Positions 55,701 to 62,857 of a stretch of DNA of 64,000 bases are shown piece after piece. Numbering within the stretch: position 1 is the first letter of the stretch; each line of letters begins with the position of its first letter. Both the position numbers and the translations under genes were made by a program. The notes below the pieces were generated by a model. The model did no database searches. It worked only from the letters and a program-made list of their open reading frames with translations, and was not told the origin of the DNA. This stretch comes from Oscillospiraceae bacterium (GTDB lineage: Bacteria; Bacillota; Clostridia; Oscillospirales; UBA929): positions 30,083-94,082 of the forward strand of contig WRKO01000005.1 in assembly GCA_009782215.1 (NCBI GenBank). Reading direction: 5' to 3'.

Positions 55701-56315
55701 CTCCAGCTCGCCGATTTTGTCGGAGACGCGCAGCAGGTTCTGCTCGGCGGCGCCCAGCTTGCGCTGCGCTTCCTCCTTGCGGCTGCGGTATTTGGCAATG
55801 CCGGCGGCTTCCTCAAAGACGCCGCGCCGGTCGGCGGGCTTTTCGGTCATAATGCGGTCAATCATGCCTTGGGCGATGATGGAGTAGCCGCCCGGCCCCA
55901 GCCCCGTGTCCATCAGCATGGAAATGATGTCTTTGAGGCGGACGGCGGCTTTGTTGATGAAGTATTCGCTCTCCCCGGAGCGGTAAAGGCGGCGGGTCAG
56001 CGTCACCTCGTCGCTGTCGGCGGCGAATTCGCGCCCCTCGTTGCCGATGACCAGCGACACCTCGGCAAACCCCAGCGCGCCGCGCCGTTCCGAGCCGTGG
56101 AAGATGACCTCCTCCATCTTTTTCTCGCAGCGCATCACGCGGGCGTTTTGTTCCCCCAAAACCCAGCGCACAGCCTCGGCAATGTTGCTCTTGCCGCTGC
56201 CGTTCGGCCCGACCACCGCCGTCACCCCGTCCGGCACCGTAAGGTCAACCCGGTCGGGAAAGGTCTTGAAGCCCTGTATGGATATGGATTTTAATGTTCC
56301 CAGAGCGCGTCGCAC
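52749..56315 (-). CDS. smc: Chromosome partition protein Smc
   Basis: LKSISIQGFKTFPDRVDL...VVGPNGSGKSNIAEAVRWVLGEQ (Walker A head). Long coiled coils. Hinge region (...LHGVLSSLIRT...). C-terminal LSGGEQSLSAIALYFAI and FCVLDEIDHDLD. Start is non-ATG and uncertain (GTG 56315 or CTG 56303). The ATG at 56435 gives an implausible 45-aa extension. Confidence 0.9.
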   Translation of the reverse strand: MRRALGTLKSISIQGFKTFPDRVDLTVPDGVTAVVGPNGSGKSNIAEAVRWVLGEQNARVMRCEKKMEEVIFHGSERRGALGFAEVSLVIGNEGREFAADSDEVTLTRRLYRSGESEYFINKAAVRLKDIISMLMDTGLGPGGYSIIAQGMIDRIMTEKPADRRGVFEEAAGIAKYRSRKEEAQRKLGAAEQNLLRVSDKIGELEPQVESLREQAETARRFLLLRDEQRGVEINLWLHQLETIRSGKDRQNDRYHEAREQFERSKAELDGLYAALERMEQESMELAQTAETVRGALSETEGKRAETEGLLKVHQNDIEHTERLRQDLLLAAERHDERAEALRKQREERAAEQERIETALKDEELALSELALDIKRLAEQTGDLSAQAGALEAQAALEQAALGECKLRIASLEARRGEQAARRQALLAERDKGGAALEEARGRLGHTQGKLREARDTVAELDNVLKGYALRVDQREKKLSEAREQAEALRRALHEKQSRAALLSDLEKEYEGNHAVAMVMNSNLPGLHGVLSSLIRTKDETAVAVEIALGAALQNIVVSSEEDAKAAIGLLKERKGGRATFLPLTSIDGREADGVPGTDGESLGLASRLVDCEDQYRGVVRSLLGRTLVCRTLDGAIALSRKMGQRLRVVTLDGQVVNAGGAMTGGSIGKKIGVLSRKNELERLEAELGKLAAQSAGAGKALEEAERAFKAARYDCDVAEDERRGAQEDAAALASEESHRGALLKNLEHAAAICEGELADIGKTLDEIDAERENEALAAEGHAAAAAKLKDETSALAASGANLDVSGEALREKQTAQRERLASLTAEREGVLKALEELAEREKDFSLDGESRAAALEGYQKRGEELLALCGQCRLELEAFAEDLRARREEMDGTVEKQRALEADRVRTGRLIKDGAEQNIALSRAADKLENSLLTAQKDEDALISRLWEQYELTVTKAQELRTPMESVSKAQRRSSELKREIAALGNVNVGAIEQYESVGERYRFLTEQRADAVQSKEELESIIERITGEMRGIFADRFAAIAQKFSETFVEIFGGGEAALELDDGVDILESGVEIKARPPGKKLRSISLLSGGEQSLSAIALYFAIFKARPAPFCVLDEIDHDLDDVNVGRFAAYLKRLAANTQYIVVTHRRGTMEQAGMLYGVTAQEPGVSKVISLKLEDVEEEYAD

Positions 56316-56466
56316 CTCCTGATAGAAAACCACCCCGGCGGGTGGCTTTAGGATATAGGGTTGTCGGCAGGGCCGGCCGTTCCTGCATCTCTTTTGACCG
56401 CAAGGGCGTGTGGATGCCGTTGTCCACCTCAACAACCCATATCATCCTATACACATCATACCATAG

Positions 56467-56832
56467 TTATTCTTTTTTGTAAACTATCTTGTGTGTTAAA
56501 ATGTACCTCCGCAGCCGCGGCTCTTTAATCTCCCACATTGTCAGCACTGAGTTTTTACGCTCAGGCGAGTCTGTACTTAGCCGCAACACGACGATGGCGG
56601 TGTTTTTGTAGCGTTTTGCAGACAACGCGGTATTCGGGTGTTTCGGGTCGGCGAAAATATAATCAGGGTCATTCAGAATGCACAGCAATTCGTCTTGATA
56701 TCGCGCATATGTAGACGCCCTCTTGCTCAATATGTGGGCAAGCTGCTTTTCGGTAATCACCGTTTCATCCGTTGTTACCGACGCCGCAAGGTCTTTATAC
56801 TTCTCTACATCAATCTTTCCTATATACCGCAA
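56467..56832 (-). CDS. Small PBECR-like (Barnase-EndoU-ColicinE5/D-RelE fold) putative nuclease/toxin-domain protein
   Basis: (L->M)RYIGKIDVEKYKDL...TDETVITEKQLAHILSKR...LLCILNDPDYIFADPKHPNTAL...AIVVLRLS...KNSVLTMWEIKEPRLRRYI...IVYKKE follows the pattern I recall for standalone phage/plasmid PBECR proteins (IGKI..., TDEVIIT.ERI.HI..RHP, I..PDYI, NT, ...LRL..., NSI.T.W.I, ILYK). TTG start. The gene is clearly AT-richer than its flanks. Confidence 0.5.
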   Translation of the reverse strand: MRYIGKIDVEKYKDLAASVTTDETVITEKQLAHILSKRASTYARYQDELLCILNDPDYIFADPKHPNTALSAKRYKNTAIVVLRLSTDSPERKNSVLTMWEIKEPRLRRYILTHKIVYKKE

Positions 56833-56857
56833 AGCCGCTTTTCCTTCCCTGTCGCGG

Positions 56858-57370
56858 TTATATCCGCTTTTCCATGACGATTACGTTTATACCGTTTTGC
56901 TCGGCGGGGGCTTCCCGTATCTTGCTGAAGCCGAATTTCTGCCAAAACCTTTGTCCGTGCGGGTTGTTTTCCAGTACGCCGAGCTGAACGGATGTAAAGC
57001 CTTCGTCTTTTGCCGCGCACAGCAGGGCCTTGACGGTCTCGCTTCCGATTTGCCGGTTGTGCAGGTCGCCCCGTATCATCAGCAGGCCTATCCATACACA
57101 GTGTTTCTCCGGGTACCCGGCGAGAACATCCAGTACGCCGGCGGCGGCGCCGTTTTTCCGCAGGCCGAGGAAATGCTTGTCTTTGATGTCAAAGCCGGGC
57201 GGCACGCGGGTTATGTCGTCCAGCACGCCTTCGCGCGAGACCTCTTCGCCCCCCGACAGGCTGCCAAACGCCGGATTTGTGGCGTATACCTCCATATATG
57301 GCTCATAATTGCAGGCGGTTATCGGCTCGAGGCCGTCTTCGCCCAAACGGGCTTTGAGTTGATGAAGCAT
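56858..57370 (-). CDS. GNAT-family N-acetyltransferase
   Basis: ...WIGLLMIRGDLHNRQIGSETVKALLCAAKDEGFTSVQLGVLENNPHGQRFWQKFGF is the acetyl-CoA binding motif A region (R/Q-x-x-G-x-G/A). The ATG immediately follows the rnc stop (TAAATG). Confidence 0.8.
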   Translation of the reverse strand: MLHQLKARLGEDGLEPITACNYEPYMEVYATNPAFGSLSGGEEVSREGVLDDITRVPPGFDIKDKHFLGLRKNGAAAGVLDVLAGYPEKHCVWIGLLMIRGDLHNRQIGSETVKALLCAAKDEGFTSVQLGVLENNPHGQRFWQKFGFSKIREAPAEQNGINVIVMEKRI

Positions 57371-58018
57371 TTATTTTTTGTACCCCTCCAAGGCTTTGTC
57401 GGCGGCGGCCATTTCGGCGGTTTTGCGGCTTCGGCCTGTGCCTTGCGCGGCGGGTACGCCGTCAATCAGCGCCTCGACGACGAAGACCTTCTTGTGATCC
57501 GGGCCGCTTTCCTTGACGATGCGGTATTCCGGCGAGGGGCGGCCTTGGCCTTGCAAAACCTCCTGCAAGCGGGACTTGGCGTCCCGTACCGGGCCGGCCG
57601 GGGGATGGCTCAGCAGGGAGGCTTTCACCATCTCGCGGCAGGGGCCGACGCCGCCGTCTAAGTAAATGGCGGCCAGCACCGCCTCAAACGCGTCGGCGAG
57701 GATGGAATCCCTCCCGCCGCCGCCGTCCGCCTTCTCGCCGCGGCCTAAGCGGAGCTGTTCTCCCAGCCCCAAGCGCCGCGCCGCGCCGGCAAGACTCTTT
57801 TCGCAGATATAGCCCGCCCGCAGCTTGGTCAGCTCCCCCTCCGGCATTTTGGGATCCTGCTCATACAGCGCCTCGGCCGTGATAAAGCCCAGCACGGCGT
57901 CGCCCAGAAACTCCAGCCTCTCGTTGTTGGCCGCCGCCGTCTCGTTGGCGTAGGAGCTGTGGGTCAGCGCCGTCTCCGGGAGCGACGGATTCCTGAACGT
58001 ATACCCCGCGACGGTCAT
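57371..58018 (-). CDS. rnc: Ribonuclease III
   Basis: ALTHSSY...NERLEFLGDAVLG catalytic motif and a C-terminal dsRBD (...PDHKKVFVVEALIDG...GTGRSRKTAEMAAA). ATG 58018 overlaps the plsX stop (ATGA). Confidence 0.9.
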   Translation of the reverse strand: MTVAGYTFRNPSLPETALTHSSYANETAAANNERLEFLGDAVLGFITAEALYEQDPKMPEGELTKLRAGYICEKSLAGAARRLGLGEQLRLGRGEKADGGGGRDSILADAFEAVLAAIYLDGGVGPCREMVKASLLSHPPAGPVRDAKSRLQEVLQGQGRPSPEYRIVKESGPDHKKVFVVEALIDGVPAAQGTGRSRKTAEMAAADKALEGYKK

Positions 58019-59043
58019 GCCGTCTCCTCTCCGCCGGAGACGGCGCCGATGTTTTCCGCAATGAGGGGGATAACCCCCCCGGCGGCAAACGCGGCGGCTT
58101 GGCGGATGGCGTTTTTCACGGCCTTCGCGTTCGAGCTGCCGTGGGCCTTGATGACCGGCTTTTGCAGGCCGAGCAGCGGCGAGCCGCCCGTTTCGGCGTA
58201 ATCCAGCGTCTTCTTGAAGCTGCGCAGCCCTTTTTTGACCATCAGCGCGGAGAGCTTGGTGCAAAGATTTTGTGTAAACAACCCCTTGAGCATGTCGGCG
58301 AAGAACAGCCCCACGCCCTCCATCGTCTTGAGGAAGATGTTGCCCCCGTATCCGTCGCTGACCACCACGTCGGCGGCGCCGAACGCCACGTCGCGCCCTT
58401 CAATGTTTCCGATAAACCGCAGCGTCCCCGCTTGGCCCGCTTCTTTCAGCAGCTTATACGCCTCCTGCAGCGCCGCCGGGCCTTTGGTCTCCTCCGCGCC
58501 CACGTTCAGCAGGCCGACGCGGGGATTTTCCACGCTCAAAACCTTTTGCGCGTAGAGGGAGCCCATATATCCGAATTGCAGCAGATATTCCGGCTTGCAC
58601 TCCAAATTCGCGCCGCAGTCTATCAAAACCGCGCCGCCCGATTTGGTCGGGATGACCGGAGCCAGCGCCGCCCGTTTGACGCCCTTGATGCGCTTGACCG
58701 AAAAGATGGCCCCCGCCAGCAGCGCGCCGGTGCTGCCCGCCGAGACAAAGGCGTCGCCGTCGCCCGCGGCCAGCAGCCTCAGGCCCACCGCCATTGACGA
58801 ATCGGGCTTGTCCCGCCCGCTGGACGCCGGGCTGTCGCTCATCTCCACCACCTGCGAGGCGTGGGAGACGGCAATCCCCTTGGGCAAATCGTCCAGCCCC
58901 AGACGGCGCAGGGACGCCAGAATGTCCTCCCCCCTGCCGATCAGGGTAACGGACACGCCCAGCTCGTTGACGGCCTCAACGGAGCCCTTTACAATCTCAT
59001 ACGGGGCGTTGTCCCCGCCCATCGCGTCTACGAGGATGTGCAT
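58015..59043 (-). CDS. plsX: Phosphate acyltransferase PlsX
   Basis: MHILVDAMGGDNAP..., VSAGSTGA..., and ...GLQKPVIKAHGSS. Start is the internal ATG 59043. Confidence 0.9.
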   Translation of the reverse strand: MHILVDAMGGDNAPYEIVKGSVEAVNELGVSVTLIGRGEDILASLRRLGLDDLPKGIAVSHASQVVEMSDSPASSGRDKPDSSMAVGLRLLAAGDGDAFVSAGSTGALLAGAIFSVKRIKGVKRAALAPVIPTKSGGAVLIDCGANLECKPEYLLQFGYMGSLYAQKVLSVENPRVGLLNVGAEETKGPAALQEAYKLLKEAGQAGTLRFIGNIEGRDVAFGAADVVVSDGYGGNIFLKTMEGVGLFFADMLKGLFTQNLCTKLSALMVKKGLRSFKKTLDYAETGGSPLLGLQKPVIKAHGSSNAKAVKNAIRQAAAFAAGGVIPLIAENIGAVSGGEETA

Positions 59044-60299
59044 ACTGCCAACTCCTTTAGCGCTCTTTCGGATAACCGCCTGCATTTCTCCCGCTTGTCC
59101 CTGATGGCTTCGGGGAGAGGGGGCAGCAGGCCGAAATGAATCTTCGCGGGATGAAACGGATTGTTCGCGGGATTTGAGATGTACGCCGCCAGCGCGCCTA
59201 TCGCCGTTTGCTCCGGGAAAACGGCGCCCCGCGCGGCGCACAGCCCCGACGCCACCGATTCGATATAGCCCTCCACCCCCGCAAGCTGCCCGGCAAACCG
59301 CACCCTCGGGTCGTTCCGGGCCTCATAGCGCGCGTTCAGATGCCGGGGGGCATCGATGTAGCTGTTGCGGTGCATCACGCCGTATTGCAAAAACTCCGCG
59401 TTCCGCAGGGCGGGAACCATCGAAAAAACGCGTTTCTGCTCGGGGAAGGTCAGGTGCGTTTGAAAGCCAACCATATTATACACCGTTCCGGCGGCGTTGT
59501 CACGCCTAAGCTGCAAAACGGCGTACGCGCCCTTGCCGGACGCGGGGTCGCGCAGCCCTATCGGGCGCATCGCGGAAAACCTCAGCGTGTCCGGCCCCCG
59601 CCGCGCCAGCACCTCCGCCGGCATACACCCCTCGAAAACGCGGCTGTCCTCAAAGCCATGCACCGGGGCTTCCTTGGCGTTTGCCAGCTCCTCGCGGAAC
59701 GCGAGATACAGAGCCTTGTCCATCGGGCAGTTGATATAATCCGCGTCGCCGCGCCCGTAACGGGCGCTCTCATAGGCGAAGCTCATATCCACGCTCCCGG
59801 CGGCAATCAGCGGCGCGGACGCGTCGTAAAAAAACAAAGGCTGTCCGCCCAAGAATTTTTGGATATCCTCTGCCAACGCCCCGTCGGTCAGCGGGCCAGT
59901 CGCGACGATGACCCCGCCCTCCTTGGGAATCTCCGTCACCTCCCGCGCCTCGACGGCAATCCGCGGGTGGGCGCGTATCTCGTTCGTCACGGCGGCGGAG
60001 AAGGCTTCCCTGTCCACCGCCAGAGCGCCCCCGGCGGGGACGCGGTTTTGGTCGGCGACACGCAGAATGAGGCTTCCCAGACGGCGCAATTCCTCTTTAA
60101 GCAGCCCCGCCGCGTTTTCCAAACGGTCGCCGCGCAGGGAATTGGAGCAGACCAGCTCGGCAAAAGCGTCGCTCCTGTGGGCGGGCGAACGGCGCAGCGG
60201 CTTCTGCTCCACAAGCGTCACCGCGACCCCCCGCTCCGCGCACTGCCAAGCCGCCTCGCACCCCGCAAGGCCCGCGCCGACGACGGTTATCGTATCCAA
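59028..60299 (-). CDS. trmFO: Methylenetetrahydrofolate--tRNA-(uracil54-C5)-methyltransferase TrmFO
   Basis: ITVVGAGLAGCEAAWQCAERG FAD-binding fold, ...ELVCSNSLR..., and ...FAGQLAGVEGYIES. TTG start at 60299. Confidence 0.9.
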   Translation of the reverse strand: MDTITVVGAGLAGCEAAWQCAERGVAVTLVEQKPLRRSPAHRSDAFAELVCSNSLRGDRLENAAGLLKEELRRLGSLILRVADQNRVPAGGALAVDREAFSAAVTNEIRAHPRIAVEAREVTEIPKEGGVIVATGPLTDGALAEDIQKFLGGQPLFFYDASAPLIAAGSVDMSFAYESARYGRGDADYINCPMDKALYLAFREELANAKEAPVHGFEDSRVFEGCMPAEVLARRGPDTLRFSAMRPIGLRDPASGKGAYAVLQLRRDNAAGTVYNMVGFQTHLTFPEQKRVFSMVPALRNAEFLQYGVMHRNSYIDAPRHLNARYEARNDPRVRFAGQLAGVEGYIESVASGLCAARGAVFPEQTAIGALAAYISNPANNPFHPAKIHFGLLPPLPEAIRDKREKCRRLSERALKELAVCTSS

Positions 60300-60484
60300 C
60301 TGAATTGTATCTTTTCGCTCTGCTCGATTTTGTCAAGCTCATGGTGGTCGGCGGTCAGCAGCTCGCCGCCGAAAACCGAGGCCGCCGCAAGGGCGATTGC
60401 GTCTTTTATCAGCGCGATAAGGGCGCAAGAATCCAGAATATAGATGCTATTCACTTCGCTTTTCCTCATCTCGCGGTGTTTCAT
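60287..60484 (-). pseudogene. Internally deleted PIN-domain (VapC-like) toxin remnant, 65 codons
   Basis: IYILDSCALIALIKD (N-terminal PIN strand/helix with the first acidic residue) is joined directly to AIALAAASVFGGELLTADHHELDKIEQSEKIQFSWIR (the C-terminal PIN segment ...A.A......LLT.D..f..i). The middle roughly 60-70 aa of a normal 130-aa PIN domain is missing. Confidence 0.5.
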
Positions 60485-60653
60485 CCTCGCGCGTCATGGC
60501 GAGGAAGCTGTCCACCGTCATGTTCAGGTCGGCGCCCGAGCCGCACAGCTCATAAAGCCTGTGCATTTTGTCTTCGGCTTCGGCCGCGGCGCGCTTTATG
60601 GCGAGACGTCTGTCTGAATGTATGGTTGGTTTGTTGTCAATCATTCCGGTCAT
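60447..60653 (-). CDS. 68-codon ORF, possible cognate antitoxin (remnant?) of the PIN gene
   Basis: MTGMIDNKPTIHSDRRLAIKRAAAEAEDKMHRLYELCGSGADLNMTVDSFLAMTREDETPRDEEKRSE. ATG 60653 overlaps the topA stop (ATGA). Its 3' end overlaps the PIN remnant by 38 nt, giving antitoxin-before-toxin geometry. No family recognised. Confidence 0.35.
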   Translation of the reverse strand: MTGMIDNKPTIHSDRRLAIKRAAAEAEDKMHRLYELCGSGADLNMTVDSFLAMTREDETPRDEEKRSE

Positions 60654-62827
60654 CCTTTCTTTTGTCTGGCAGCCGGTTTCTTCGCGGCCGGCTTTCTGGC
60701 AGGCGGCTTTTTGGCGGCGGGTTTTGTTTTGGCGCCGTCGTCTTCTCTTTTTTTGTATCCCCGGTTTTCCTCGGGGACGAAGGACTTGCACGCCGGGTTT
60801 TCGCAGATGGGGACTTTTTGGTAGCGGACGCGGAAAAGGGTTTTGCCGCAGTCGGGGCAGGTGGTTTTTTGCGGCGTGTCCCATGTCATAAACGTACAGC
60901 CGGGGTGCTTCTCGCAGCCGTAGTAGGTGTATCCCTTTTTGGATTTCTTCTTCAAAACCGTGCCGCCGCAGAGCGGGCAGACGCCGTCGGTCGGCTCGCT
61001 GAGGGCGCGGGTGTTTTTGCAGTCGGGGTATCCGGTGCAGGCGACATACCGCCCGAAACGCCCCATTTTGATGGCCATTGGCTTGCCGCAGAGGTCGCAG
61101 GTCTGGTCGGTCGGCTCGTCGGGGACGCGGAGACGCCCGTTTTGCAGGTCGGCCTCGGCTGCGGCGCGGGCCGCGGAAAACGCTTCGTAGAAGGCCTTGA
61201 GCATCCCTTTCCATTCCGCCTTTCCCTTTTCCACGTCGTCAAGGCTTTCCTCCATCTGCGCCGTAAAGGTTACGTCAACAATCCGGGAAAAACGGTCTTT
61301 CATGTATCCGGTCAGCACCTCGCCCAGCGGGGTGGGGCGCAGATGCTTATCCTCCCGCAGGACATATTCGCGGTCGGTGATGGTGGACAGCGTGGGGGCA
61401 TAGGTGGACGGGCGCCCGATGCCCTGCTCCTCCATCGCGCGGATGAGCGTCGCCTCGGTATACCGCGCCGGGGGCTTGGTGAAATGCTGCGCCGGGGTGA
61501 TTTCCAGCAGCTTCAGCCCTTCGCCCTCCGACAAATCGGGCAGGGGAGCGCCCTGCTCCTCCTTGCCGTAATCATAGACCGCCGTAAACCCGGCAAAGAC
61601 CTTGGTGGTATGGTTGGCGCGGAAAATCTCCCCCGCCGACACGCTGTCGATGGTCAGGAGGTCATAGACCGCGCTCTGCATCTGACAGGCGAGAAAGCGG
61701 TTCCAAATCAGGGCGTAGAGCTTATACTGCTCGTCGTTGAGGCTTCCGCGCACCGTTTCGGGCGGCAGGTCGATGTGGGTGGGGCGGATGGCTTCGTGGG
61801 CGTCCTGCGCCCCGGCTCTGGATTTATATACGCGCGCGCTTTCGGGCAGATAGTCCGCGCCGTAGCGCCCCCGGATAAACGTCCGCGCGTCCGCCACCGC
61901 GTCGTCGGACAGGCGGAGGCTGTCTGTTCGCATATAGGTAATCAGGCCGGTCAGCCCGAACCCGGCGACCTCCACGCCCTCGTAAAGCTGCTGCGCCACC
62001 GCCATAGCGCGGCGGGGGGCCAGCCCAAGCCGGCTGGACGCCTCCTGCTGGAGGGTGGAGGTGATGAAGGGCGGGGCGGGGGAGCGTTTTTTCTCGCTGT
62101 GGGTCACGCTCTTGACCGAAAAGGGGGCGTTTCTGACCTTCTCAAGGAGGCCGTTTGCCGTCTCCCCGTCCGGGATTTCCGCTTTTTTCTCCCCTTCGGG
62201 GGCGAAATACGCAGCCTCAAACTCGCCCGCGCCCTTGACGCGGCCCAGCTTGACGGAAAGGGACCAATACTCCTCCGGCACAAAGGCGCGGCGCTCTTCC
62301 TCCCTGTCCACCACCAAGCGCGTGGCGACAGACTGCACGCGCCCCGCCGACAGGCCGCTCTTAATCTTGCGCCACAGGAGCGGGGATATCTCGTAGCCCA
62401 CGATGCGGTCGAGGGCGCGGCGGGCCTGCTGCGCGTCCACCAGCTTATAGTCGATGCCGCGCGGGGAGGCGATGGCTTTGTTGACTTCTTTTTTGGTGAT
62501 TTCGTTGAACGCCACTCGATGCACGGCGTCGTCGGACAGGCCGAGCAGCTCCTTGACGTGCCAAGAAATGGCCTCGCCCTCGCGGTCGGGGTCGGTCGCC
62601 AGAAAGACGCTTTCGCTTTTGGACGCGGCGGCTTTGAGCTTGCTGATAACGTCCTCCCGTCCTTCGATGGGGACATACACCAGAGAAAAGCCCTCTTCAA
62701 TGCCCTTCCCGCTTTTGGGCAGGTCGCGCAGATGGCCCATCGTGGCCATTACGGCGTAGTCCTTGCCCAGATACTGTCCGATTGTCCGCGCTTTGGCGGG
62801 GGATTCCACTATGACCAGCTTTGACAT
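60650..62827 (-). CDS. topA: DNA topoisomerase I
   Basis: MSKLVIVESPAKARTIGQYLG...GHLRDLP (Toprim), the active-site region ...ITYMRTDS..., C-terminal CxxC zinc ribbons and a Lys/Ala/Pro-rich tail. Confidence 0.95.
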   Translation of the reverse strand: MSKLVIVESPAKARTIGQYLGKDYAVMATMGHLRDLPKSGKGIEEGFSLVYVPIEGREDVISKLKAAASKSESVFLATDPDREGEAISWHVKELLGLSDDAVHRVAFNEITKKEVNKAIASPRGIDYKLVDAQQARRALDRIVGYEISPLLWRKIKSGLSAGRVQSVATRLVVDREEERRAFVPEEYWSLSVKLGRVKGAGEFEAAYFAPEGEKKAEIPDGETANGLLEKVRNAPFSVKSVTHSEKKRSPAPPFITSTLQQEASSRLGLAPRRAMAVAQQLYEGVEVAGFGLTGLITYMRTDSLRLSDDAVADARTFIRGRYGADYLPESARVYKSRAGAQDAHEAIRPTHIDLPPETVRGSLNDEQYKLYALIWNRFLACQMQSAVYDLLTIDSVSAGEIFRANHTTKVFAGFTAVYDYGKEEQGAPLPDLSEGEGLKLLEITPAQHFTKPPARYTEATLIRAMEEQGIGRPSTYAPTLSTITDREYVLREDKHLRPTPLGEVLTGYMKDRFSRIVDVTFTAQMEESLDDVEKGKAEWKGMLKAFYEAFSAARAAAEADLQNGRLRVPDEPTDQTCDLCGKPMAIKMGRFGRYVACTGYPDCKNTRALSEPTDGVCPLCGGTVLKKKSKKGYTYYGCEKHPGCTFMTWDTPQKTTCPDCGKTLFRVRYQKVPICENPACKSFVPEENRGYKKREDDGAKTKPAAKKPPARKPAAKKPAARQKKG

Positions 62828-62857
62828 ATTTACCTCCTGCAGGGACGCGCTCCGCCC

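Noticed and set aside
60650-60790. Repetitive GC-rich segment at the 3' end of topA and the long out-of-frame ORF 60447-61214
   Set aside because: The repeat encodes the Lys/Ala/Pro-rich basic tail of topoisomerase I (KPAAKKPPARKPAAKKPAARQKKG). Only the last 68 codons of the out-of-frame ORF, beyond the topA stop, are considered, and these are treated separately.
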